Source of the DNA: Paraphysomonas bandaiensis
Lineage: Eukaryota > Protista > Chrysophyceae
Direction: 5' to 3'
Length of the DNA stretch: 64,000 bases
Assembly (NCBI GenBank): GCA_965644295.1
Contig: CBFFRP010000023.1
Coordinates: 25,064-89,063, forward strand
The notes under the pieces are model-generated. The model saw only the letters and a list, made by a program, of their open reading frames with translations. It had not been told where the DNA came from and made no database searches. Position 1 is the first letter of the stretch. Each line of letters begins with the position of its first letter. The translations under genes were made by a program, and so were the position numbers. Shown piece by piece: positions 53,297 through 64,000 of this stretch.

Positions 53297-53787
53297 TGTA
53301 AGGTGTAGTGGTGGTTTAGTTAATATGGAGATGTGGTGAGTTTATTGTGAGATGAGGGGGTTGGCTTACATATGGAGATCACCGTATGTGATACCACCCC
53401 CTACAACTCCCCTCCAATCGTATCATTTGATGGTGCAAATTGAAGGAATCTGAATCTATGAAGTATCTTCAGAGGATATGACTGAAAACTTCAGAGTTGG
53501 AAATTTCGTTGAGAGATGTGGGATGTACCTATGGATGTAAGCACATAGGTACATTTGTACTTATATACGCTGTACTCTTGCATCCATTGCAAGTGTCAGT
53601 CTTATGTGTACAGGTACGAATATGGTACAATATCATGCTCCATAGCTGCGATTCGTATTCATAAATCGCACACACCAAGAAAGGGATTAACATACAATCA
53701 AATTAAGTTGAAGTGCTTGTGGTATTACCCTACGACTACGACGTATCAGCCTGCATCATCCAGGCTATCATTGACTGTGTTTAGAGT

Positions 53788-55293
53788 ATGGACCCGGCGC
53801 ATGACGAGTCTGATAAGTCTTCTGATGTCTCTCCCGGTGTGTGTCCCAAGGAAGAAGATAGTGATCACGCTGATGAATGTAGAGTTGTTGAGGAGTCACA
53901 AGCTGATGAAAGGCGATTGAGTTTGGGAGATGAGGTTTGGGGAGGTATAAGCGGTCATTTATTTCAGATGAGTTACTCTCACTGTTCTGTTCTTGTGGTG
54001 TTTCAGCGAAAATGTTTCTTCAAAGTATCCGATCTCGTTTGAATAAGAAGAAAGTGTTCGAGTCTCTAGAAATGAGAGCTAATTATCCGGATAGGTATCG
54101 TACGCCAGCTGTTGTAACCCATTTTTTCATAAACGTGTTTCTTTATAGGGATTTTCAGAAACTTCCTGATGGCTGGAACGTGAGATTCTATTCGCCCTCA
54201 AGCGTATTTTGTTTTATGTCATGCTGTATGTACACAGATTGCCCTTCTGGGCCCAACTGGAGCTGGCAAGAGTTCACTGGTGTATACGTTGTGGCGCGCA
54301 ATCAATGGCATCGATGCAGACGACGAAGAAGCTGTGCTAAAAGTGGAATCTCTACAAGTGGGCTGGAGCGCGACTGAGGAGCCAGGGGAAGCTACTAGTA
54401 AAAGTAAAGGAAAGCCAAAGGCGAAACACGGAACACGTGCTCTATCCTCCGTCATTGTGCAGGAAGCATGCAGTGAATGCAGTCAAATTCGCGTACAAGG
54501 TTTTCATACGTCTATACTCTATAAAATGCAGTGTGTCTTATACTATGTCCATCTAGACACCAAGGGCCAGCAATTCTTCGACGACAAAGAGGCCTCTTAT
54601 GCTGATGCTCTAGTGGGAGGTGTTTTGAAGGACGGATCCACAGTTGAAGAGCAAAACTTGCGGTACTGGATCACAATAGGGTCACTTGGTTTCTTTGAGT
54701 CCAGTGCAATAGACTCGGCCCCACATGTCATTTTGCTGGTGTTCGATGCATCGCTGAAAAGCCTCAATAAGGTTCTCAACGTAGATTTTTCTGACGCAGA
54801 ATGGGAGAACAAGGTTCCACAATTGGCTTGTTATCACCGCGTTCTTGATAAGGCTCGTGAGAGGGACCTGGACGTGTTCGTATGTTTGACACACATAGAT
54901 GTCTACGAGAGACAGCGAGGTGTAGTTGAGGGAGGGGAGGAAACAAGAGTGGGGGAGGCTGTGCAGGAGGAGCTGGATGACCTCATGGAGAAGTTGAGCA
55001 AGAGGTAAACGAATCACATGACGCTTAATAATTTATCTCATTTCGTGAGCAGCCTTAGCCACGGCGACAGAAATCTCCCTATGAGTCATATATTCGTCGT
55101 TGAAAATTACAGGTAGTTTGATGAAGTTAATTTACCAGCACACTCTTATATTCTTTCCTTTAGGTCCGGTAAAAACTCCTCTGATGCGAGAATCGACCTG
55201 GCGGCCACCGAGTTATTGGACGCATTAGTGGAATCTGCTGACGACTACATTGGGTTTCATTGCCCCAAGAAGAGCTCATGCGTGATATGTTGA
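53788..55293 (+). CDS. IFI44-like P-loop GTPase-fold protein with C-terminal CaaX (CVIC), multi-exon
   Basis: Spliced N/IALLGPTGAGKSSL, HGT, Q/DTKG, LVFDAS, CLTHID, VENY; ends KKSSCVIC*. Confidence 0.6.
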
Positions 55294-56676
55294 TATTGTA
55301 AATCCCGACAGTGTTGGTGTTGCCTATTGTTGGTACTAGAATTCGTATAGTTTGCGCTTTTTTATTGGGCTGTTATGAACCTGTAAATGTTCTTCGTTGT
55401 CATTCTGCTAAAATTATTTTGGTTGCTGCAGTTAATACCTGTTTTATGTTCAAATGCTACATCATTTATAGAAGGTGGAATGCATATCGTAAATATAGCT
55501 ATAAACGCAAATTGTCTTTTGAAGTCTTTTATTTTAAAGTCTTATTCTGCAGGGACTTACCATATATACTGATTTCTGAATTTCACTTCGTGAATGTCTT
55601 GATTTCTACAAATTCTATATTCATAAATATAGAACGTATACCTATTTTAGAAAAGAATATGGCTTCGTCAACATTACTGTTTTGACTTACTGATACTACT
55701 GACATTCTTCAAGTATAATTTCTCATCATAAAGAAAACATTTCAATCAGCTGCCAATTATGCCATCTATACTAATGTCAAAGATTCGTAAACCAGACACG
55801 AGGTGATTTTTCTTGTGGGTAAATATTACTCAACCGTAGTATCATAAAAAGTAAAATATATCCCATGATTTTCCGTATTGAATATAGTGTACAAATGGTT
55901 GTAATTAATTAATAATTCACCCGCACAGCAAAATCAGATACGTATGACAATAGTGTACATTGAATATATATTCTAGAAGTGACCTTGACTCATCTGGTGC
56001 CTCTGAAGTCCTATTAGAACCACATCAACAAGTAGCAAGCTAGTACTGAATGAGGCTATTCTTAGATGACTCTAAGCGCCCACTGTTTTTATCGCTGCCT
56101 CTAACGACAGTGTATACCACAGTATATGACGCTCCCGTCCACACAAAGTTTTTTACATAACACACTAGGAAGACATACGCTGCTGTTGCCACTCCATGAC
56201 CGCCGCTGCATGCCTTCTGCTACATGCAAGCCTCTGTGTATGCAGCACCTCACTCCATGACCGCCATTGCATGCCTCTAGCTGCCTGCAAGCCTGTGTGT
56301 GTGCAGTGTCTCAAGCACGTACAATCCATGTCCAGGTGGTAGTGTATCTTCACAGTAGAATTTGGTATACGGCGGTATACAGCAGTGTGGTGTATATTCA
56401 GCATGCAGTACACCAGTATGGGTGCGTATCTGGACTGCATGTACTGGTATACGGCTATACGGCTATACGGCTATACGGCACAGTACCAGTACCGGTAGCT
56501 GCATGGCTGTGTATATATCTATATATAGTGCATATCATCGCACAGGTCCATATATCCAGAAGCCACTAGAGCGAACCATGATATCTGATTTACCAGATGC
56601 TGTCGGTGTATCTCCTGTATCATGTGTGTGTGTATGTGCATGTATACTGTATGTGTCATACGTATACACACATCGA

Positions 56677-57668
56677 ATGGATTCATATGATAAACTAGAG
56701 GCCAGAGGCCCCCCCACAGACATCGAGGACGCTTATCGTATTCTTCAGGGATTTTCTTATGTGGATTTTCCGTTTATCTCCACGAAGTCACTTGAGTTTG
56801 GTCTCTTCAAGACGTATGCCATTCCCTCCATATCATCCCTGCTGGTCAAAACAGCGGAACTCACTGACAGATGTGCGAAGCGCTATGACGACACAGATCT
56901 CCTTATAAGAGAGTTTACTGAGGTTGTATCTTATTCGGGTATAGGTATGTTAGTGCTTATATATGCACGCAGAACTCACCGTCTTCATCGCGAGCGCGTC
57001 GAGCGATTCAGCGGCTTAATGCCCTGCATGGCAAATACAAGACCATTACAAACGAAGAATATTTATATGTTTTGTCCGTATTTGTCGTTGAACCTATTCG
57101 TTGGGTTGACCGATTTGGATACAGGAAAGCTCATTTACACGAACGGACGAGCTCGTACATGGTATGGAGGGACATTGGTATGAAGATGGGTATAAAAGAT
57201 ATCCCAACCTCCTACGCTGCAATGGAAGAATACCTAGAGGATTACGAAGAAAAATTCATGAAATTTCACACATGTAACGCTAAATTGGCTGGATCCACGA
57301 GTGCATTATTTCTTAGCATAATTCCATCTTTTCTTCGTCCGGCGGGGATGAAAGTTGTGCATGCGCTGTGCGACCGTCGACTTCGAGCTGCCATGGGATT
57401 TCCTGACCCTCCGGCCATTCTCACTGCCGCAGTGCATGCACTCCTCTATTTGAGCGCAATATTTACTCGTATCTTGCTTCCTCCTCGGTCGACTCCCTAC
57501 AAGCGCACACCCCGTGACGAAGATCTTGTTCAGTGTTCGGATGGAACAGCGACAGGGTGTCCCAGATTCCACCCCTACGAGAAAACATATATGCACGGGT
57601 ATCGCATTGATGAGCTTGGACCAGAGCAATTTATACGAGCAAGAGAATTAGGAAAAATATTTGAATAA
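56677..57668 (+). CDS. ER-bound oxygenase MpaB/Lcp-domain (DUF2236-like) protein, 2 exons
   Basis: DFPF..SLEFGLFKTYAIPSISSLL..KRYDDT; RLNALHGKY; EPIRWVDRFGYR; WRDIGMKMGIKDIP; LRAAMGFP. Confidence 0.8.
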
Positions 57669-58431
57669 GTTGGTTGTTTTCTATGTGTATGTGAGACACT
57701 ACCTGCTTCGTTTTTCGAAAGTTAGGAAATCGAGTTCGTGCTACTGAACTTATTATTAAACTATATATGCTTCAATAAGGTTTGCGATTATACTTGGGAT
57801 AATTGTTTATTTTTACCTATATACACATATCGTTTTTATCTATTTATAATAAATTCTACTGAGAATGAAATTAGGTTTTATATTAGCAATAGCATCATAT
57901 ATGTACATATACCCGTTGTTGTACATATACTATTTACATTTGATCAAAATAGCAGTTTATACACAATACACTTTTATGCTAATTAGTCAACACTACTACT
58001 TCTAATACAACTCTACGGATGGAAGTTGGAACATACATCTATACTAGACACTACACATACGAATGCAAAATAGTAGAATATTATCAATAAATTAACGTTG
58101 TATTCTGTACAATATAATTTTAGGTTGGCAAAAATGAAGTAATATGTAATAGTTTGAGTGTGCTCTATATAAAGACTTGATACAGAATTCATGCTAAGCA
58201 AGATGAACAATTTATGAAATATTATTACATCGAATCAACAGAATATACACGGAAGAAGTAGGTAGAATACGAATTTGTCAAAAATAACCCAGGGCTTGCA
58301 ACTACTCTTCCGTATAAAATATCCCGGCGTGTGTCACTCATATTGTGACGCAAAGATGCGGTACACGTACAAAAAAGCGAGTGAATGTCAAAACATAGAA
58401 AGCGTACGACTACTCCTCGAATACATACTAA

Positions 58432-61389
58432 CTAGCTTTCATAATAAAGGTCGTTGTAGCGGGAAGGCTTAGATGACATAACATATCGATCAGACACCGG
58501 CCGATTATTCTTCTTCGCTTCGCGAGTTTTCTTCCTATCGTCGCTGTGTCGAACGTATTCCCACAAGAGACTATAGAAACGAGGTTCAAAAGGGTCAAGC
58601 TTCATTTCTACCGTAGAATCGGTTTCGTCGATATCATTATCTGAATCATGACTTTGAGAACTTGAAGCTGAGCGCTCCTCGGCACAATCACTGTCGTAGC
58701 CTTTCCACTCTGGCCCATTCTCTGCACTTCCACTTGTCGCATGCGATGTTTCCTGCGGAACCAACTCGCAACCCACATCTGTCGTATTCATGTCAGTTTT
58801 CGCAACAGTCTTGCTTAGCATTTTTCTTTCCTTCTCTTGCTGCTTCATTTTCGCATGAAGAGTCATCTCCAGCGACCCTGGCATGATGTCATGTCGCTTC
58901 ACGACGCCGATAATGTTGACTGAACCTGGCGCAGCAACTAAAACATTTCTCTCGCCATGTCGGATATGAGCATGTGCCTTTCGCATTGAACTGGTGGCAA
59001 GCACAATAGCTGGTTCTCTATCAATGTATGGACGTAGGTCAATTACCTGATCCTTGGTCTTGAACTCCCCCTCCAGAGTTTTCCTCATTTTTGCCTCACC
59101 TGCTTGAGACAGGTGGTTCCTCAGGTTAGGCCAGGCGGAGTCCACTGTACTCGGATGTAGTAGTGGGGCGTTTACACCAAACAGTCTATTCTCCAACAGG
59201 CGTAGAATGATGAGCCTTTCAATGGTTCCCTCAAGTCCCCCAGAGTCATTGTCCACGAGAAATTCAAAGGCGTTTGGATTGGACTCCAGGGTATCAAGAA
59301 TATTTTCGAGGGTGTCAATTACCTCTACAGTTGCCATTGCTCCTGTATCATGTTTAGAGTCTTTTAAACTTTTTTTTTTATGGGAAATTGCCGTATTGTG
59401 ATGGTAAGGGTCATTGTGAACACTTGTGGAAGGTGTGATAGGAGTCATCACCTCATCCATAGTCAGTTGATATCCTTCATAGCCAACATCATCCACTACA
59501 AAAGGAATATTTTTCTTTTCAATCACCAAGTCATAAATTCCTACATTGAAGCTATCAGCAATCAGCTTGGCGAGAAGAACTACCATGAAGCAGTACAAGG
59601 AGGTATTGAAGTTCTGGGTGCTTTCCAGTGCAATCAATGCGACAGATATGGTTACCCTTGTTATTCCTCCTAAAGCAGCAGCAGACCCCAGGAAAGCATA
59701 AGAAGATATCAGCGCGTAATGACCTGTACGATATGCTGCCAGCAGTCCAACAATACGACCAAATAAGGATCCAATAATAAAAGACGGAATAAATAATCCA
59801 GATGGAACCGCGATTCCGAATACCAATGTTGCGAATATGAGGTAAAATGCAAACCCGGCAAATAGAAATCCTATTGGAATGGAATCATAGTGTTCTGCAT
59901 GCAAGACCCATTTGAGCATCTTCTCTTGCGGCACCCAGAACAGCAGTCCAAGGTCGTTCACATGATGCGATGGACAGTTGAAGGGTACGGCGTCTGGTGT
60001 GCCTTCAAAGCTATGTGCATCGATTTGAGTCTCATGGTATTCCGCGGAACTAATGCACTTCCCCCAAATGTAGGGCACCCAAAACCTAAAACAGGACAGA
60101 AGCAGAGATATAAAAATAATCTCGGCAATAGTGCGCACTTTGCTGACACGAATATACTTTTTCCTAAAATCAATCATGTATCGTTGAGCCCAAGCGAATA
60201 AAGCACCCACCAATCCACCAATGACTCCAACAAGTGCAACATAGGGGAAGTCAGCCCCATCAAAGACAATATCACTCGCACTGTCGCGGTATGACCCAAA
60301 AAGAACGCCCGGTATATGCGGGCTATGAGAATCGTCGTATATATATCCCTTAATGATACTCGTGATGAATGCAGTCATAACAGCACCATACAAACTCATG
60401 AATGTGAGCTGTTGTCTCCACACCGTTGCACCTTCTTCAATCGCAAAGAGGACTCCGCCCATCGGGGCAAGAAATGCCGTAGCAACACCGAATGCACTCC
60501 CCATAACAGCAAAATCTCTTTTCCACTCAGCGCTGCGAAAGTGCTTCACGAGAGTGTTTGGTAAGCGGAATTTAAATGTATTAGACGAACCCTGAGAAAG
60601 AGCAGCACCTAGAATTGCCCCCACATGAATAATGGGCCCCTCTCTCCCCGCAATCAGACCAGAACCAATGGCGAATGCACAGCCAACAGACTTCGCAATA
60701 ACAGTAGGTACCGTAAATAGTCCTTTAAGGTGGACACCATTGAGGTAGGATTTCACATCAGGGATACCGGAACCTTCCGCAAGAGGACTGCAATAAATGA
60801 CCATACATCCAGCAAGTGAAGCGAAAAATGCGCAGGTCAGTGCAAACGCGATAAATGCAGTCGCCAGAGCGCCGGGTGGGAGTGTTTCGCCGTAGTTTTG
60901 TATTATTAGGTGCTCCGACAAGCCATACACGGTCATACTAGTACCAATTACTCCGAAGTCAATGAATAACCCAGCAGTAACAACCACCAGGGAAAGAAGG
61001 GTGGCCATAACCCAGGACAACACCATTTTCTCAAACTCATCAGCTCGATTTTTCGGAAAGTAAAACTCTCGATTAAATCGAGAAAATGTCTGGGTCCCTT
61101 TGATACTGCCTTTCCTCTGGAGCATTGGAATAAGAGGCTTCTGTGCAAGAAACTTACGCATATCCATAAGCATATCCATATCAGAAAACGACTTGTGATA
61201 GCTGGTTGGTCTCCCATTAGCGCGGACAGTGGTGTCGCTATCAACAGCTTTGATTTCATGATATGTTTCATTGAATGTGTCTGAGCTCGACCCTTCTGCT
61301 ATATGCTGAGGTGAGTCCGCATCACGACTGTCCTCAACAGTGTCCCTATCATCGATCTCTCCCCATGATCTCATCTCAGTGTTTTTCAT
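58432..61389 (-). CDS. CLC family chloride/proton exchanger (ClC-6/7-like) with CBS domains
   Basis: GSGIP, GREGP (gating Glu), APMGGVLFAIEE (proton Glu), PSGLFIP, IYD; multiple TM segments. Confidence 0.93.
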   Translation of the reverse strand: MKNTEMRSWGEIDDRDTVEDSRDADSPQHIAEGSSSDTFNETYHEIKAVDSDTTVRANGRPTSYHKSFSDMDMLMDMRKFLAQKPLIPMLQRKGSIKGTQTFSRFNREFYFPKNRADEFEKMVLSWVMATLLSLVVVTAGLFIDFGVIGTSMTVYGLSEHLIIQNYGETLPPGALATAFIAFALTCAFFASLAGCMVIYCSPLAEGSGIPDVKSYLNGVHLKGLFTVPTVIAKSVGCAFAIGSGLIAGREGPIIHVGAILGAALSQGSSNTFKFRLPNTLVKHFRSAEWKRDFAVMGSAFGVATAFLAPMGGVLFAIEEGATVWRQQLTFMSLYGAVMTAFITSIIKGYIYDDSHSPHIPGVLFGSYRDSASDIVFDGADFPYVALVGVIGGLVGALFAWAQRYMIDFRKKYIRVSKVRTIAEIIFISLLLSCFRFWVPYIWGKCISSAEYHETQIDAHSFEGTPDAVPFNCPSHHVNDLGLLFWVPQEKMLKWVLHAEHYDSIPIGFLFAGFAFYLIFATLVFGIAVPSGLFIPSFIIGSLFGRIVGLLAAYRTGHYALISSYAFLGSAAALGGITRVTISVALIALESTQNFNTSLYCFMVVLLAKLIADSFNVGIYDLVIEKKNIPFVVDDVGYEGYQLTMDEVMTPITPSTSVHNDPYHHNTAISHKKKSLKDSKHDTGAMATVEVIDTLENILDTLESNPNAFEFLVDNDSGGLEGTIERLIILRLLENRLFGVNAPLLHPSTVDSAWPNLRNHLSQAGEAKMRKTLEGEFKTKDQVIDLRPYIDREPAIVLATSSMRKAHAHIRHGERNVLVAAPGSVNIIGVVKRHDIMPGSLEMTLHAKMKQQEKERKMLSKTVAKTDMNTTDVGCELVPQETSHATSGSAENGPEWKGYDSDCAEERSASSSQSHDSDNDIDETDSTVEMKLDPFEPRFYSLLWEYVRHSDDRKKTREAKKNNRPVSDRYVMSSKPSRYNDLYYES

Positions 61390-62019
61390 TATATAAATCA
61401 ACCGTTAAAGAGTTCACTGCTAATTCGATGCACACAGCAGTTAAGTGCTACTCTCTGCTCTGTAAATGCAACAACACTGATGACGATAGTGTTTATATGG
61501 CTATTGTTCGAGTTAATAATGTGCTTAGCGACATGCTGATGGTACACACACTCGACTCTACGCGTCCCTGCTGTTCAAATGGTGCAGTAGGAAACATGTA
61601 CGTGAAGTATAAGTAGCAACTACTCCAAGTCACTGTACAGCATACAGCATACAGCAGCACAGCCGTACAGTGTACCCCATTGAAAAATTTTACTAACCGA
61701 AAACAAATCTTTGTGACATTATGGTCCAATAAGAGTGACAGAATCCTCCTAAGGGATATTTTAATTGGATAGAAGTGTTGTTGAAGTTGGTGAGATGTTG
61801 GTACAAGTGCATATTACCATATATATAACGGGGGTTTCTATACAAAACCCAGGATTGTATACGAAATCCAGGAGGTTTATATAAATCCAGGGTTTCGATG
61901 GACAGGTACAGGGGTCGCTCTCTCATCACACATATACATACATAAGGAGTCGTAGTTCTTCATGGGTCCCAGCTGCTCCATGCATATAAGAAAGATGCAA
62001 CCAGCCCAATAGAACAATC

Positions 62020-62496
62020 ATGGACGAGGGCGAATTATCTGCTGTGCTAGACGAAAACTCCTTTCAGCAACCGCTATATCCAGTGACTGTAAGCCGTGTA
62101 GAGGCCTGTGAAGGTGATGAGAAGGAATTCATGCACACACACATGCCAGAGTGGAAAATGATGCAGGAGGTGTATAACTCTACCAATTCTTCCGGTGATT
62201 CACTTTGTCGACATTGGCTGTTGAAAGGGTCTTGTCGATATGGATCGTCCTGTCGATATGAACACATGGATTCCCTGGTAAGGATGACCAACAAGCATCA
62301 TCATTCACTGGGGCCAGATATGTCATCGAAGAGGAAAAGATTTTTTTGTGATTGCTGTGGCTTGAAGAGTAAAGAGCGGTATCGCTGTGTGGACGGATGC
62401 GATTTCGATTTATGTATTAGCTGCTTCGCTGCATCTAGTCCGCGCATAGTAGAGGACTTACAGGTTGATAAATGTCACCGTGTCACTCCCAATTGA
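62020..62496 (+). CDS. Small CCCH + ZZ zinc-finger protein
   Basis: CRHWLLKGSCRYGSSCRYEH; CDCC..RYRCVDGCDFDLCISC. Confidence 0.8.
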   Translation: MDEGELSAVLDENSFQQPLYPVTVSRVEACEGDEKEFMHTHMPEWKMMQEVYNSTNSSGDSLCRHWLLKGSCRYGSSCRYEHMDSLVRMTNKHHHSLGPDMSSKRKRFFCDCCGLKSKERYRCVDGCDFDLCISCFAASSPRIVEDLQVDKCHRVTPN

Positions 62497-63137
62497 TTAG
62501 AAACAAATGAAGTATTTAAGTATTGATTTTCCATGTTCACAAGAAAGATAATAGTGGGATACTGCTCCACTACATATTTAACAATTGCTACATATTTACA
62601 TATATGGGTGCTGCTTTCAAGATTTAACATTCAATTACTTGCATTATGATTTTAAAAGTATGTATCAACAAAAGTACGAACGGTCTCGTTACGTATAATC
62701 TAAGTAATTAATGTAATTAAAGTGGTCTTGTAGCGACATCTAGCTGTAGTTTAATTTATACAGTGACCTCCTTTAGTGTACAGGTGATTAAGTTGGGTCT
62801 TCCAACTTATACATATTAGTATTGTTTCACTTTCTACGAACCTCACTCTGTAATAATATAATAATTGCATATTATGTATATATATTATAGTTTATAGATA
62901 TTGTCATATGACTTCAATATGAAACAATAGCCATTGTCTGTTGTCTATGATTGTCTAATTGTATTATTGTATATACACGTAACTAAGAGACAAATAATTA
63001 ATAATTGGTCTAGTGAAATATACCACTACATTTTTTATGTCTATGAAGGAAAAGTGTATACAATAGCTCATTGTATTAGGGCATTAAATGGTTGCAAGTG
63101 ATATTTGCATAACCGGCTGTATTAGAAATTCTTAGAC

Positions 63138-64000
63138 AAAAAACGAGGGAGGCGGGACAAGGACAAGCCTTTTTCTACCCCAACCCCTCAAGGGGCTCTT
63201 CTCTTCGAGTGTTTCCAATTACAACTGCAAGCTTGCAGTTGTAATTCCTTCTCTTTGCTAATTTAACTTTATATATTTTTAATTACTTTATATATTATTA
63301 ATAACTTTTAATTACTTTATATATTATTTATATTCTTAAATAAAATTAATAACTTTATATATTATTTATAATGTTTATAATAAAAAGTAATATAGATAGT
63401 AAAGTAGATTTAATAAGTAGATTTAATAGTAGAAAAAACAAGGGGGAGGGACAAGAGGGGCCTCTTTTTCTACCCCACTGCCCCTCAAGGGGCCTCTTCT
63501 CTTCGAGTGTTTCCAATTACAACCTTCGGTTGTAATTCCTTCTCTTTGCGAGTTTAACTTATAACTTATTATAAATAAGTTATAATTACTTTATATATTA
63601 TTTATATTCTTAAATAAAATTAATAACTTTATATATTATTTATATTGTTATAATAAAAAGTAATATAGATAGTAAAGTAGATTTAATAAGTAGATTTAAT
63701 AGTAGATATAGAGAGAGGGAAAAATTAAAATGAAAAATAATTTAAATTTGTAAAGGTTGTAAAACCCCGGGATTCTACCATTAAAACTACTTATTAAATC
63801 TACTTTGTTATCTATATGACTTTTTTATAATAATGTATAATGGCAAAGCTTTAAGCTCTGGAATGTAGTTGTAGTGATATAATGGCGAATATGCTTTAAG
63901 CTCTGGAATGTAGTTGTAGTGATATAATGGCGAAGCTTTAAGCAAAAACGTCCCAATTTTTATATAAAAACCTTGATTTATATAAAAACCCTTAATTTTA
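63138..64000. repeat. AT-rich composite repeat: two ~280-295 bp direct units with hairpins, an inverted copy, and 42-45 bp and ~21 bp tandem arrays
   Basis: Units 63138-63432 and 63433-63705; inverted segment 63787-63833; tandem array 63848-63943. Confidence 0.88.

Noticed and set aside
63515-63537. RNA UUCG tetraloop
   Set aside because: The best pairing gives a 10-bp stem with a 3-nt loop; the UUCG register would break the stem.
63848-63943. CRISPR-like array
   Set aside because: Units are contiguous tandem repeats without unique spacers; eukaryotic context, no cas genes.

Overview
Gene-dense eukaryotic nuclear DNA with short (~45-60 bp) GT-AG introns. It is most likely a flagellated stramenopile, because it carries a Sig/Ocm-type mastigoneme gene. 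About 22 protein genes can be supported: ALG5, a DHX29-like helicase, ICT1/ArfB, a DOT1-like methyltransferase, a TOG/CLASP protein, PSMD9, an Arc1/AIMP1-like protein, katanin p60, Pirh2, peptidase S51, PPP4R1, 14-3-3, an IFI44-like GTPase, an MpaB/Lcp-domain protein, a CLC transporter and others. Most are arranged as divergent pairs around purine-pyrimidine-alternating or (ATGT)n promoters, while transposon debris sits mostly in AT-rich gaps downstream of genes. Two related Ty1/copia elements are present: one full length with identical LTRs but a broken pol, and one degenerate. Both are inserted inside the same hAT-type MITE family, and both carry an unrecognised conserved domain C-terminal to integrase, which suggests a possible MITE-targeting retrotransposon system. 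The last ~0.9 kb is a very AT-rich direct/inverted repeat block with GNA-triloop DNA hairpins and may be the terminus of a larger element outside the window. Exon boundaries and family calls were made by eye; no database searches were run.
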